Source: a virus
Lineage: Duplodnaviria > Heunggongvirae > Uroviricota > Caudoviricetes
DNA: 47,598 nucleotides
Virus record (IMG/VR): IMGVR_UViG_651053021_000003
Reading direction: 5' to 3' (one strand)
How positions within the stretch are numbered: position 1 is the stretch's first letter; every line of letters starts with the position of its first letter. The notes beneath the pieces are model-generated. The model worked only from the letters and a program-made list of their open reading frames with translations. It did no database searches and was not told the origin of the DNA. Of this stretch, positions 19,596 through 31,509 are shown piece after piece. The position numbers and the translations under genes were made by a program.

Positions 19596-21554
19596 TTACG
19601 CCGTACATTTCACCAGACCACGGTGATCAACTGGCGCGACACCGGCGTCAATACGCACTTTCGTTGTCACGCCATCCACACTGAAGCCCTCCATCTGATC
19701 AATATATGGCGTATCCACACCGTTGAGATAAGCCACTTCAATCGTATCGGAGCCTTTTGACGCAGCCAGGTAGAAGGTGGTCTGGCTGTTATCATCAAGA
19801 CGAGGCTCTGCAATAACGGTCGCAAAATCTTTCACCGGGTTAATAATACCGGCGTTAATGTCAGCCCCCTTGACACTTGAGGAGCGAATGACCTGGTTAG
19901 CAACAGACTCCATCGCCGTCGGTACCAGTACGAACGCAGGACGAATATTCAGATGACGCTCCCCCTCTTTCTGAACGCGCATCAACTGACGGGCTTTATC
20001 CAGCGATGCCACGTCCATTGCAGCGCTCTCCAGTACGTTTGCATGTTTCGCTTTATCGAACAGACTTACATTATCTGTGGAGATTTTCGGGTTAGACGTC
20101 AGAATGGCATAAACCAGATCGGCAATAGTGGATTTCGCCGCACGGCCCAGTTTCATCGGGACATCGGTCAGCATATTCAGATCATCATTGATAATGGCCT
20201 GACGGGTGATACTGAACAGCTCGCCATAGGTCGCCAGTGCAATAGTGGCCTGTTTATCTCCGGTGGTGACGTATTTATATTCCGCCCCTTCACGCACCTG
20301 ACGCAGAGCACTGAAGCCCCCCATACCCACACGATGGGCAATTTTAAAATCAGACAACTGACCTTTCCGCGTCCACTGTTCATAGGTTTCAGGGGCATCT
20401 TCCCAGCCCTGCAGAATGGCTTTGTTTGCAACATCCAGCAGAATATTACCGAAGTCAGACGTACTGTGTGTGAACGCCGCACCGACCATCTGCATCGGGT
20501 TATAACTGGAAACCCCAATACCCCGTTCAGTCAGTGACATACGGGCATATTCACGCAGGGTCATCCCGTTGTAGACATTATCACGTTCGGTTTTTTCAAA
20601 TCCGGCACGCGCCATCAGCGCCTGGCGGATCCCGTCCCCCACAAAATTACCGTTACCGGCATAAATATGAGCCGGGGTATTTTTATTGGATGGCGTGGAC
20701 TCGCGCCCCATCTCGTTCAACAGCTTTTCGCGGGCCTGCTCCAGCGAACATTCAGGATCGGCAAGACACTGAGCCTGCAGCGTCTGATAACGCCCGCCAA
20801 ACATGGCAAACAGATCATTAATACCGTTTACACGCGCTTTTTGCTCTGCCAGTACCTGCGCACGGATACTGTTTTCATCCACCACGGGTGCTGCTGCCTG
20901 CACTGGCGTCCGGGAGGCTGCAGGTTCATCATCCTGTACGCGTGGAGCACTGTTGCGTGGCGGAGTAATCATGTTTCGAATGGATTCCGGCATCTTTTTA
21001 AATTCCTCTGTACGTTTTGACTGAATACATGCCATTGCCTTAACGGCTGGCGTCACCTGATCAGCAAATCCATGTGCCAGACATTCGGCACCGGACATCC
21101 AGGTCTCATCCGCCAGCATGGCAGCAATTTCATCGGTGGTTTTCCCGGTTTTCTGTGCATAAGCGGGTAACAGAACCGCCTCAACCTTATCGAGCAGGTC
21201 GGCATAGGTGCGCATGTCCTCCGCATCACCGCCCGTAAAGCCAAATGGTTTATGAATCATCATGAAGGTGTTTTCCGGCATAATGACCGGGTTTCCCACC
21301 ATCGCAATGACCGACGCCATTGACGCCGCCACACCGTCGACATAAACGGTAATGGATGCACCATGTGTTTTCAGCGCATTAAAAATGGCGATGCCTTCAA
21401 AGACATCGCCACCCGGTGAATTGATATGGAGATTAATGTGGGTGATATCGCCCAGTGCATTCAGATCACTGATAAACTGCTTCGCTGTAACACCCCAGAA
21501 ACCAATCTCGTCATAAATATAAATATCCGCGTCACTCTGGTGACCAGCCTGCAT
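19596..21554 (-). CDS. Prohead protease (ClpP/S49-like) fused to scaffold and HK97-fold major capsid protein
   Basis: N-terminal ClpP-like segment (YIYDEIGFWG...HINSPGGDV...), C-terminal capsid-like segment; start set at ATG 21554 just after portal stop. Confidence 0.8.
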   Translation of the reverse strand: MQAGHQSDADIYIYDEIGFWGVTAKQFISDLNALGDITHINLHINSPGGDVFEGIAIFNALKTHGASITVYVDGVAASMASVIAMVGNPVIMPENTFMMIHKPFGFTGGDAEDMRTYADLLDKVEAVLLPAYAQKTGKTTDEIAAMLADETWMSGAECLAHGFADQVTPAVKAMACIQSKRTEEFKKMPESIRNMITPPRNSAPRVQDDEPAASRTPVQAAAPVVDENSIRAQVLAEQKARVNGINDLFAMFGGRYQTLQAQCLADPECSLEQAREKLLNEMGRESTPSNKNTPAHIYAGNGNFVGDGIRQALMARAGFEKTERDNVYNGMTLREYARMSLTERGIGVSSYNPMQMVGAAFTHSTSDFGNILLDVANKAILQGWEDAPETYEQWTRKGQLSDFKIAHRVGMGGFSALRQVREGAEYKYVTTGDKQATIALATYGELFSITRQAIINDDLNMLTDVPMKLGRAAKSTIADLVYAILTSNPKISTDNVSLFDKAKHANVLESAAMDVASLDKARQLMRVQKEGERHLNIRPAFVLVPTAMESVANQVIRSSSVKGADINAGIINPVKDFATVIAEPRLDDNSQTTFYLAASKGSDTIEVAYLNGVDTPYIDQMEGFSVDGVTTKVRIDAGVAPVDHRGLVKCTA

Positions 21555-21567
21555 CCTGAACCAGGAA

Positions 21568-23076
21568 TTATTCTTCGGACTGGTCGTCGGTGTGCTGCGG
21601 CTCCTGTCGTTTCGTTGCGGCACTGCTGCCTCCTTTATCACTGGCCGGATCGGTATCAAATACCAGATCCAGCTTGCGGTTTTCATCAATTTCGGCCTTG
21701 CGCCGACGTTTGACATCATCCGGATTACGACCACCAGCACGTACCCAGTCTGATTCTGTCGCCGCTCCACCACGAATCTGGATTTTCCAGGCCTCAGCCT
21801 CCTTAACAGGGTCAATCCACGGCATCACTGGTCCGGAATACACCGCGGTATACAGTGAAGAACGGTCAAGATCACGGGGTAGCCTGATAACACCGGATGC
21901 CACAGCCTGTTTCAGCCAGGCACGATACATCGGGCGGGTGACGGCACCAATAAACCAGTCCTGCAGGATCAGGTAGCCATCAGTAGACTCAACCAGTTCC
22001 TGACGCTGGGCGCTGTAAGTGCCGTTATAGTTGCGTGCCGTACTGGAAAAACTCAGACGACTGCCCGCCGCCACGGCACGCAACTGACCATTACGAAAAG
22101 TTTCAAGGTTAGGATTGGGACGATCCGACTTCACCATTCCGATTTCTTCGCCGGGTTTCAGATCGTCGTAAATAATGCCTGGCTGAATGGTAAGCTCGCG
22201 TTCCTTATCCTTGCTGCCATTACCATCCGGTTCATAGCTCTGCCCGTCGCCTTTCCGGATGTACATCCCCAGAGCAGCGGCGATCCTTGCTGCAGTCAGC
22301 TCAGAATCTTCATACTCTTTCAGGGCACTGAGGCGGATCAGCACACCGGACAACAAAGACGTCCCGCGCATCTGGTGCAGACGGCGAACAAATTTAAGAT
22401 GCAGCATTCGCTCTGCATCCACTTCTTTGGTTTCCATCTGCCGTCCGGATACAGGACGACTTTTATACACCAGATATTTTTCGGGACGCCCCCAGTCATC
22501 AACAAACACGCCCTGATTCAGCCTGTTGCTCTCATCACTGGTCATGGGAATAAAGTCTGGCTCGAGCGCCTCCAGCCAGAAATGAACACCGGCAGAAGGC
22601 GTCAGGCTGTTTATGCGCCCGGAAACCATCTGGGCAAACACCTCACCATCGCGCAGCCAGGTACGCAGCATCAGACGTTCCAGCATCGGACGGGTAAACT
22701 GCCCGGTGACTTCCGGGCTGACAGACCATTCACTCCATCGGGTGCGTATCTCCGCTGCCAGATCACGGGCAATGGCCCCATTGCGTAATACCGGATGTGG
22801 CTCGACAATAATCCCGTTTTTCCCCACCACCCGTTCTTCCAGCTTGTCAAATACACCAATAACCAGATCGTGGTTGTTATCAAGGTAACGGGCCTGCTCA
22901 CGTAACGACACGGCCCCGTACTGGCTTAACTGGTCGGCAGTTCGGTTTTCCCGCCGGGCTTTGTGTGTCCGCGTCGTTTTTACGGCCTCATAAGCCTGGA
23001 TCACCGCACGGGAACGCAGCCTTGCCGCTTTCCATCCTGGTGAAAAAACGCCAATCACATCATCAAGAATTGCCAT
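21568..23076 (-). CDS. Portal protein (lambda B family)
   Basis: ~500 aa ORF between W-like and protease genes with lambda-B-like C-terminal region; ATG overlaps the W stop. Confidence 0.85.
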   Translation of the reverse strand: MAILDDVIGVFSPGWKAARLRSRAVIQAYEAVKTTRTHKARRENRTADQLSQYGAVSLREQARYLDNNHDLVIGVFDKLEERVVGKNGIIVEPHPVLRNGAIARDLAAEIRTRWSEWSVSPEVTGQFTRPMLERLMLRTWLRDGEVFAQMVSGRINSLTPSAGVHFWLEALEPDFIPMTSDESNRLNQGVFVDDWGRPEKYLVYKSRPVSGRQMETKEVDAERMLHLKFVRRLHQMRGTSLLSGVLIRLSALKEYEDSELTAARIAAALGMYIRKGDGQSYEPDGNGSKDKERELTIQPGIIYDDLKPGEEIGMVKSDRPNPNLETFRNGQLRAVAAGSRLSFSSTARNYNGTYSAQRQELVESTDGYLILQDWFIGAVTRPMYRAWLKQAVASGVIRLPRDLDRSSLYTAVYSGPVMPWIDPVKEAEAWKIQIRGGAATESDWVRAGGRNPDDVKRRRKAEIDENRKLDLVFDTDPASDKGGSSAATKRQEPQHTDDQSEE

Positions 23077-23288
23077 CAGAACCTCGCCAGCCGGTACCCG
23101 GGATGCCCCCGTCGTCGTGTAATCAGAGCCGCAAGGCGGCGCTCCCACTCCTGCCGTCCCTGCCGGATCTCAGATAAGTTTTCCATGGTCATCTGCTGAC
23201 CATTAAAGGTGACGGATTTTCCGTCCAGCACCGCCATTTCAGCTTCCGTATAACGCTGAATCATGGCTTCGATATCATTCTGGTTCAT
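23076..23288 (-). CDS. Head-tail connector protein (gpW-like)
   Basis: ~70 aa with RRRG motif near C-terminus as in lambda gpW; ATGA overlap with terminase stop, GGAGG upstream. Confidence 0.7.
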   Translation of the reverse strand: MNQNDIEAMIQRYTEAEMAVLDGKSVTFNGQQMTMENLSEIRQGRQEWERRLAALITRRRGHPGYRLARF

Positions 23289-25384
23289 AACCATCCTCCG
23301 GAAGTCAGCCAGGGGTTAACATCGTCAGTTACTGTTTTCTTCCGTTTTTGTTTTTTAACAGGCGTGGATACCGGTTCCGGTGAGGGTGACGGTTCGGTAC
23401 TGTCCGGGACACACTCCAGCCAGGTTTCCCGGCTCGCCCATTCCGGTGCATCCGGCCAGCGGATCTTTTCGTATCCATGCAGAATGACCAGAGCCTCGGC
23501 ATACACCATCAGGTCAAAGGCTTCGTTGGCACCGCGACCCGGCTTACTCCATTTCCCGTCACTGCTCCGCTCTTCATACGTCAGTTCGTCGTAAAACCAG
23601 CTCCCCAGCCAGTCAGGGAAATGCACATAGCCGGGACCTGGCGAGTCACGCCATAACGCGTTATTCACCCGGTCTTTCAGTGCATCCGTCTGAAGAAGCC
23701 AGAGCGGCACATCACCTGCGGCCTGCGCCCGTCGGCCCGTTCGTCCGGTGTTATCAGGGAATGTACGGGTGATCAGTTTTGCGCGCCGGATGCTGTCGCC
23801 CTTAAACAGGTAAATACGTTTACCAAGGCCATCACGACGGCAACGACGCCAGAATTTATAGGCATTATCAGTGACCCCGTCTTCACCGCCGGAGTCCACC
23901 GCCATTGCCATCAGTCGCATTTGTTGAGAAGGATCGGAGGCCAGCGGCCAGCTTTTATGAAAAACATCCGTCAGCAGGACATCCCAGTCTTCCGGATAGC
24001 TGGCCGGATCAATTCGCTGGCTCTCCCCGTCGCAGTCACTGCGCAATGACTGCGTGATATTGTAACGATCAATAATCCAGCGTTCGCCACGACTGCCATA
24101 GCCCGTTACCTGAACCACAAAACGGCGATGACGTCCCGCCTGCACATCCACTGTCGCCACAAGGAAATTAACGCCATCCGGCACACTGCGGGAAGGAACT
24201 GGCTCTGCCCGCTGCTCAAGCAGTTCACTTTTTCGTTGCTCCATGCTGGCACGAGGAAGATAAGGCAATCCCCAGTCGGTGTTGATAACCGCCCTGAGTG
24301 TTTCTTCGCTTCCTGTCGCTTCATACTCCTGTTCTGCAGTCAGTAATTTGTAAACCAGTTGCGCCCAGGTCTGATACGCAGCAGCTGGCCCTTCCATCCA
24401 GAAACTGGCGATACGGGAGCGGCGCGGTTCACCGGAAACGTTGCCGTTACGATCAATGACCTGACCTTCACGCAACCAGACTCCTGCACTATTGAGCTCA
24501 CGCTTTTTCTCCGCAGTGATAATGCCGCTGCAGTGCGGGCAAAGTAGATACGCCGCCTCACTGGCTTTAAAGGGATCCGGTTCATTACGGTAGCCGGTCA
24601 TGGCATCCATAGCTGGCTGAAAATATTCACCGCAGTGCGGACATGGCCAGTACCAGCGGCGGCGGTCACCACGATTGTAAAGGGAAAGAATACCAGTCGT
24701 CGGTGGCGCTTCATGAGGCGACTTACGTCGCCATTTGCTGTCGCAGATGTCACGTCCCGGCGAGCTCTCCACCAGAGTCATCCCGGCGGACATAAATGTG
24801 GTGGTACGTTTTGAGGCCAAGGAGAAACCATCACCCTCGCTGTCGATATTCTCCGGAAAACGGTCGTAATCGGTTAAGGCGACAAACCGGTAATCCGACG
24901 ACGACATAATGTTGACCGAGGGCCAACCAATTTTAAGGAACGAGCCATCCCTGAACGTCTTATCATGGACATTATTGTCGTTACGACGTGGACTCATTCT
25001 TTTCTTTACCGCCGCACTGCTTCTGAACGTTCTGTCGAGGCGCTTTTTAGAATGCTCGCGGGCCTTATCTTCGGTCATCTGCACAACGAGCATGTCCGAA
25101 GGATCGCAAACGATGGTATAGACAATCCATCCATCGATCAGACCAATGGTCTTCCCTGTTCGCGCAGGACCAACAAAAATCACCGCATCGTATTCACGCG
25201 ATGCCAGGCAGTTCATGGGCTCAATGATGTAGGGTGTCAGTTCAGGATCCCATGGCACCGAGTTACCAGCCCCCTTGGGAACACGCATGAATTTTTTAAC
25301 AGCCTCCGAAATCGGCATGCGACGTGGTGGGGAAAATCCTGCCGATATGTCCCTTCCCAAATTTCGGGCTGATGAAAAACCCAT
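23285..25384 (-). CDS. Terminase large subunit (lambda gpA family)
   Basis: 699 aa with Walker A-like GPARTGKT and CPHCG zinc motif; AGGAGG-aata-ATG start. Confidence 0.9.
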   Translation of the reverse strand: MGFSSARNLGRDISAGFSPPRRMPISEAVKKFMRVPKGAGNSVPWDPELTPYIIEPMNCLASREYDAVIFVGPARTGKTIGLIDGWIVYTIVCDPSDMLVVQMTEDKAREHSKKRLDRTFRSSAAVKKRMSPRRNDNNVHDKTFRDGSFLKIGWPSVNIMSSSDYRFVALTDYDRFPENIDSEGDGFSLASKRTTTFMSAGMTLVESSPGRDICDSKWRRKSPHEAPPTTGILSLYNRGDRRRWYWPCPHCGEYFQPAMDAMTGYRNEPDPFKASEAAYLLCPHCSGIITAEKKRELNSAGVWLREGQVIDRNGNVSGEPRRSRIASFWMEGPAAAYQTWAQLVYKLLTAEQEYEATGSEETLRAVINTDWGLPYLPRASMEQRKSELLEQRAEPVPSRSVPDGVNFLVATVDVQAGRHRRFVVQVTGYGSRGERWIIDRYNITQSLRSDCDGESQRIDPASYPEDWDVLLTDVFHKSWPLASDPSQQMRLMAMAVDSGGEDGVTDNAYKFWRRCRRDGLGKRIYLFKGDSIRRAKLITRTFPDNTGRTGRRAQAAGDVPLWLLQTDALKDRVNNALWRDSPGPGYVHFPDWLGSWFYDELTYEERSSDGKWSKPGRGANEAFDLMVYAEALVILHGYEKIRWPDAPEWASRETWLECVPDSTEPSPSPEPVSTPVKKQKRKKTVTDDVNPWLTSGGWL

Positions 25385-25392
25385 TATTCCTC

Positions 25393-25932
25393 CTAGAGAC
25401 TCTCTCCTTCCTCATCAGGAATTAATTCAGCAGCACAAGCCTCGTAGGATTTTTCCTGAAGAGTGTATCGCAGGTCATCAATGGCCTGCTGTACAACGCC
25501 GACGGCCTGAGGAGTCAGGGCGCAATCGCGTTCAAGAACATCCGGAATTGTCTCCAGAACCTGGACGACAGCCTTTCTCATGGACGAATAGACGATGACT
25601 ACTTCATCAACTGGGATGAGTTTTCGCTGCTCCTTTTCCAGCTTGATCCTTTCATTTTCAGACTGGTACCAGTCCTTTCTCTCTTTCGGCTCCATACGGG
25701 ATGGATCATGAACAGAGTCTGCTGCCTCATGCTTCACACTAAACAGGGCGGGCCCGACATGCTGCAGGGCGTAAACGGGGTTCCCCCTGACAGTCGCAGC
25801 CACAGGAGTGTTGGCCGCGAGGAGCCGTTTTTTTACTGTGTCCCGGTGAAGCCCAAAGGCCTCGGCGATTTTAAAAACACTCCAGTAATAAGCATCACCG
25901 ATCCCGCTCACATTTGACATAAGCAACTCCAT
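25393..25932 (-). CDS. Terminase small subunit (Nu1/NohA family)
   Basis: N-terminal winged-HTH-like sequence, located directly upstream of the large terminase. Confidence 0.85.
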   Translation of the reverse strand: MELLMSNVSGIGDAYYWSVFKIAEAFGLHRDTVKKRLLAANTPVAATVRGNPVYALQHVGPALFSVKHEAADSVHDPSRMEPKERKDWYQSENERIKLEKEQRKLIPVDEVVIVYSSMRKAVVQVLETIPDVLERDCALTPQAVGVVQQAIDDLRYTLQEKSYEACAAELIPDEEGESL

Positions 25933-26094
25933 CTGGCAGGTGAAAATCAGGTTTATTTATATATTTCAATTAATTGCAAACTGGTCTAATGACAGGAAGA
26001 AAAAAATATTGTACAGGTGAAAAGAGAAATAACTTTTAATTATCAATAAATTACCAAACATGCTGCCGCCGCCATGGAAATGCAAAAACTAGCC

Positions 26095-26125
26095 TTTTTC
26101 CGCGACGCTCCCGCCCCGTGGCAGG
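26095..26125. other. Candidate cos site (cosN-like GC-rich element)
   Basis: Minus-strand CACGGGGCGGGAGCGTCGCGG resembles lambda cosN GGGCGGCGACCTCGCGG and lies ~175 nt upstream of the small terminase start, as in lambda. Confidence 0.35.
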
Positions 26126-26304
26126 GGCCCCCACCGGGAGGACCCGACAGCCTGACAGCCTGACAGCCGTGACGAGCATCTGATACAGCGCTTTACATAA
26201 TGGCATAGGAATAATTCAGAAGGACATCACAGCATGCCCACACAAATTAGTGTGAGTGTCCTGTTTCTTCCTACGCACAGGACTGACGAGCATGAGGGGA
26301 AAAT

Positions 26305-26472
26305 ATGCGAACCATAAATGCCTCATTTTCAGCAATGCAGCCGGCATCCGAACAGGACGATATTGTAAATTCACCTAATTACGAGGACATTGCAGTAGTT
26401 GAATTGCAGCTCTGTATTAGCCTGACAGTGACAGAATGCGATATTGACTCTGTCACAGGTGAAATAGTTTGA
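26305..26472 (+). CDS. Hypothetical small protein (55 aa)
   Basis: ATG preceded by GAGGGG at good spacing; below the 60-aa ORF track cutoff. Confidence 0.3.
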   Translation: MRTINASFSAMQPASEQDDIVNSPNYEDIAVVELQLCISLTVTECDIDSVTGEIV

Positions 26473-26492
26473 ATGATTAGCAGTTATGGTGC

Positions 26493-26699
26493 TCAGTCAA
26501 CCACCAGGGAATAATCCTTCGAATTCTTATCGTGCTTCACCAACGCTGCCTCAATTGCCCTGAATGCTTCCAGAGACACCTGATGTTCTATACATGCAAT
26601 TACAACATCCGGGTAACTCATAGAAATGGTGCTATTAAGCATATTTTTTACACGAATCAGATCCAACGAGAGTTCATCAGCAGATTGTTCTTTATTCAT
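26493..26699 (-). CDS. Hypothetical small protein (68 aa)
   Basis: ORF with GGAG at 6-nt spacing; no recognised family. Confidence 0.45.
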   Translation of the reverse strand: MNKEQSADELSLDLIRVKNMLNSTISMSYPDVVIACIEHQVSLEAFRAIEAALVKHDKNSKDYSLVVD

Positions 26700-26999
26700 T
26701 TTGTCGCTCCATGCGTTTGCTCGTCATCTAGCGGTTAAAATATTACTTCAAATCTTACTGCATAAAAGAGGAAAAGTATGAAAGTTTGAGTACATCGACC
26801 TTACATACATCTGTCGGTTGCATATCCCTCCTGGATGCCAGCAAGGCTCAATTTTGTTACGCAATCAACACTATTCATTAAAAACAGGCTTAATATTTGA
26901 CATAAATCATCAACAAAACACAAAGAGGTCAGACCAGATCGAAACAATAAACACGATAATGCAAACTACGCGCCATCGTATCACATGGAAGGTTTACCA

Positions 27000-27410
27000 A
27001 TGGCTCAGGCTGCCATTTTTAAAGAAATATTCGATCAAGTGCGTAAAGATTTAAACTGTGAATTATTTTATTCTGAGCTAAAACGTCACAATGTCTCACT
27101 TTATATTTACTATTTAGCCACAGATAATATTCACATTGTGTTAGAAAACGACAACATAGTGTTAGTAAAAGGACTCAAAAAGGTTGTAAATGTTAAATTC
27201 TCCAGAAACAAACATCTTATAGAGACCTCCTATAATAAGTTGAAATCAAAAGAAATCACATTTCAACAATACAGGGAAAATCTTGCTAAAGCAGGAGTTT
27301 TCCGATGGGTTACAAATATCCAGGAACACCAAAGATATTACTATGCCTTTGATAACTCATTACTATTTACTGAAAGCATCCAGAAAACTACACAGATCTT
27401 ACCACGCTAA
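27000..27410 (+). CDS. ydfO: DUF1398-family prophage protein YdfO-like
   Basis: [18 protein letters not shown]... matches recalled Qin YdfO; synteny with gnsB and cspI. Confidence 0.7.
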   Translation: MAQAAIFKEIFDQVRKDLNCELFYSELKRHNVSLYIYYLATDNIHIVLENDNIVLVKGLKKVVNVKFSRNKHLIETSYNKLKSKEITFQQYRENLAKAGVFRWVTNIQEHQRYYYAFDNSLLFTESIQKTTQILPR

Positions 27411-27561
27411 ACCATAACGTCCGGCTTCTCTCACTCCTGAGCCGGACTGCATTGGTTTAATAAAAACCATCAACAATTGTGATTTAGATATTCGGAACCA
27501 TTCAAATATAACAAAACCCCGTAAAAACGAGGTTTATGGATAAATTTTATTATTGAATACA

Positions 27562-27735
27562 TCAGATTAAATTAATCTTGACATCATAGCTTTCAAGACC
27601 CGTCATTTTTTCCCGTGCGGTAAACTGAATACTGGTAACTTCTTTCCCGGTCTTTTTCTTAAGTTCAATAATTTTTTTTGTTATATATTCAGAAATATCT
27701 GCTTCTGCTTTTGTTTTTAAGTTTTCAATATTCAT
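27562..27735 (-). CDS. gnsB: GnsA/GnsB family small protein (57 aa)
   Basis: Hand translation MNIENLKTKAEADISEYITKKIIELKKKTGKEVTSIQFTAREKMTGLESYDVKINLI with AGAGG upstream; missing from ORF track (below 60 aa). Confidence 0.75.
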   Translation of the reverse strand: MNIENLKTKAEADISEYITKKIIELKKKTGKEVTSIQFTAREKMTGLESYDVKINLI

Positions 27736-27906
27736 CATTTCCTCTTTTAGTCTGTTATGACTTTCCAGTTACACAGTAAGTCGATTATATGGTGCAAACG
27801 TGTAAAAGATAAGATGAAACATCGCAATAATCAACATACGATAGTCTAAATTTTACACAAACAGACAAAGAGAATTTTCCTGAATTATCAATACAATAGC
27901 ATCAAA

Positions 27907-28137
27907 TCAACTCAAGAGCCTTATTGCTGCTTCCAGAATTTCTTCTGAAGTAACATGTCGATCCGCGGCTACATAAATGACTTTATGATCTCCGGTCAGA
28001 GATGGAAACCCTGCGGCCATTACAGTAAGGTGTGTTTTTTCGCCATTTGGATATTCACGCATGATGGTGTTAACTCCAGTCATCGCTGGCACTACCACTG
28101 CTGGTTCAGAGTTAAAAAAAACTATGATTTTTTTCAT
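27907..28137 (-). CDS. Hypothetical protein (YnfN-like by synteny)
   Basis: ORF between gnsB and cspI; start set at internal ATG (MKKIIVFF). Confidence 0.45.
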   Translation of the reverse strand: MKKIIVFFNSEPAVVVPAMTGVNTIMREYPNGEKTHLTVMAAGFPSLTGDHKVIYVAADRHVTSEEILEAAIRLLS

Positions 28138-28408
28138 GATGTTACCGTAGTATGTGAGTATCCATCGAATAGATACCAAGCAAAAAAGCTCCCGAAGGAG
28201 CCTTCATTTTCACTTTTTTAAATCCAACGACAGACGGCTGGCATTTAAGTATTGTGAAATATTATCAAATGTAATCATCATTGATTTACAAAAGATACAT
28301 TTTGCCCCGAAAGGATTCATGTCAGAAACATCAAAAGATGATGTTCTATACTGGGAACCATGACAACACGGGCATCTAAAGTGAATATGGTTTGTAATAT
28401 TGTCTACC

Positions 28409-28621
28409 TCAAAGCGCCACTACATGAACAGCGGCAGGACCTTTAGGTCCGTTCTCAATACCAAATTCAACTTCCTGATTCTCAGTTAATGTTTTGAAAT
28501 CGTTGCTCTGAATTGCTGAGAAATGGACAAACACATCTTTGCTGCCATCTTTCGGCGTGATGAAACCAAAACCTTTTTCAGGGTTAAACCATTTCACTAA
28601 ACCAGTCATTTTGTTAGACAT
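28409..28621 (-). CDS. cspI: Cold shock protein CspI (CspA family)
   Basis: 70 aa with KWFNxEKGFGFI and VHFSAI RNP motifs. Confidence 0.9.
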   Translation of the reverse strand: MSNKMTGLVKWFNPEKGFGFITPKDGSKDVFVHFSAIQSNDFKTLTENQEVEFGIENGPKGPAAVHVVAL

Positions 28622-28984
28622 AATTATTACCTTTTGAAGAAATTAGCCCTTGGGCAGAATGGTCCGAAAAAAAATATCAGAGAGAAAAACCAACAAGGAA
28701 ATCTCAAGAGGTACAAATAATAAAATTATAACAATGACTGCTTCAGATAAATTTGTAACAAACCAGAACACCATTAACGCATGATTAACCACCCATAGCA
28801 AGGATTACTTTTGTAAAGAAAAACACAGCAATGAAAGAATAGCTTTATTTATTAATAATAACGTGTCATTCTGATTAAGACCTTTTATCTTACCCTTAAG
28901 ATTTCAGGAATTTTGGCTCATGGAAGAGTCCTTTTTATTTAAATTTTACATTCCGCGATGTAAATGTTCCGATTTAATATTACC

Positions 28985-30008
<1,024 letters not shown>

Positions 30009-30012
<4 letters not shown>

Positions 30013-30320
30013 ATATATTTATGATGAGGACGCTCGTGCTTATTGGCAGGATTTTCAATCTTAAAGGAGTACTGATGCTGCAGATAAGACTCAACTTTTT
30101 CTGACAATTTTTCTGCTACTTCCAGGAAGACTTGCCGGACGCTCCTTCTGGCTGCTGCCTCATAAAACTCCAGCGCAGCTCCTTCAACACGGTCCATGGC
30201 GACATCCAGGTCAAAAATTTCACCGTCAAAGCGTTCCTTGTCCTGTAAGGCTACAGTTACCGTAACTTTATTCTCAAAATTACGGACTCCTTTCACAACC
30301 AGTTCATAGTCTTGAGTCAT
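30009..30320 (-). CDS. ydfR: DUF1327 protein YdfR-like
   Basis: 103-aa ORF between holin and lysozyme as in Qin. Confidence 0.65.
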
Positions 30321-30324
30321 TGGA

Positions 30325-30540
30325 TTACTCTCCTCTCGCAGCCTTACGCCTGTCTTCTTTAATCTTGAAATAAAGATTTGTCAGATATGTCAGCAGGCCA
30401 AAAACCAGGCTACCCAGCACACCGATTGCAGCCCACTGTGACGGAGTTACTTTATCGAGTAACTGCAATGCCCAGAAACCAGCATTACCCGCCGATGTGC
30501 CATAGGCAACACCTGTTGTTAACTTATCCATTGATTTCAT
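30325..30540 (-). CDS. Class II holin / pinholin (phage 21 S family) with dual-start motif
   Basis: [26 protein letters not shown]...[20 protein letters not shown] matches S21 pinholin; MKSM dual start. Confidence 0.85.
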   Translation of the reverse strand: MKSMDKLTTGVAYGTSAGNAGFWALQLLDKVTPSQWAAIGVLGSLVFGLLTYLTNLYFKIKEDRRKAARGE

Positions 30541-30759
30541 ATCCTCACCCCGATGTACACGGATGGTGCAATATGTTTGAAAAGATCGGAGTCTACGGGG
30601 TAGTTTTGACAGCACACGCTGTTCTCAACGGCGCTAAAGAAACATACACATTAAAAATGTGAGTAATTATTTTGAAAGAAAGTCATATATAAAATAATAA
30701 TACGAGAAATGTTTTCATATTTAGTGTACTGTATACGGCCATTTATACAGGAAAAGCCT

Positions 30760-30930
30760 ATGTCAGAACGTAAAGACTCAAAATCACGCCGTAATTATCT
30801 CGTTAAATGTTCCTGCCCAAACTGCACCCAAGAGTCAGAACACAGCTTTTCAAGAGTACAAAAAGGTGCCCTTTTGATCTGCCCTCATTGCAACAAAGTA
30901 TTCCAGACAAATCTTAAAGCTGTAGCCTGA
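30760..30930 (+). CDS. Small zinc-ribbon protein (hypothetical)
   Basis: CxxC...CxxC pattern (CPNC, CPHC); ATG preceded by AGGAAAAG. Confidence 0.4.
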   Translation: MSERKDSKSRRNYLVKCSCPNCTQESEHSFSRVQKGALLICPHCNKVFQTNLKAVA

Positions 30931-30990
30931 TTGATTTTATTAGTAACAAGTATTTTTTATATTTTAATAATATATTTAAAGCAGATAATA

Positions 30991-31011
30991 AAAAACCCGC
31001 CTGAGCGGGTT
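30991..31011. terminator. Terminator-like hairpin
   Basis: AACCCGC-ctga-GCGGGTT stem flanked by A-run and T-rich sequence. Confidence 0.5.
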
Positions 31012-31293
31012 TGAGATTGTGGTGCTTTTTGTGGGAGTCATCCACTTACGCACTTTGTTTTGCCATGCCAGCAGTTAGCTTCTGCTGTAAAACTATTCAT
31101 GCAGCAAACCTGCACTTCACCACAATGGTTAGCATACTTTTCCTGATTAAGATTTTGCCAAATATGCTGGCCATTGTTTCATGTATTGGACCTCCTTACT
31201 TTTTATTAAAGAGATCCAATATTCACTACTCTGTCCGTATCTCTACTCAGGCATCAGCCTTCTTCGTTATCGTATACAGACGAGCGATGAATT

Positions 31294-31509
31294 TTAATCA
31301 GTAATGATGACATTTACTGCTGCAGGACCTTTAGCACCACTCTCTATAGAGAAGGTAACCTTTTGACCTTCAAATAAGGTTCGATAATTATCATTCTGAA
31401 TCGCAGAAAAATGCACAAACACATCTTTACTACCATCAACAGGAGAAATAAAGCCGAAACCTTTATCAGCGTTAAACCATTTTACTAAACCAGTCATTTT
31501 ATTTGACAT
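31294..31509 (-). CDS. cspB: Cold shock protein CspB
   Basis: 71 aa, CspA-family RNP motifs. Confidence 0.9.
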   Translation of the reverse strand: MSNKMTGLVKWFNADKGFGFISPVDGSKDVFVHFSAIQNDNYRTLFEGQKVTFSIESGAKGPAAVNVIITD

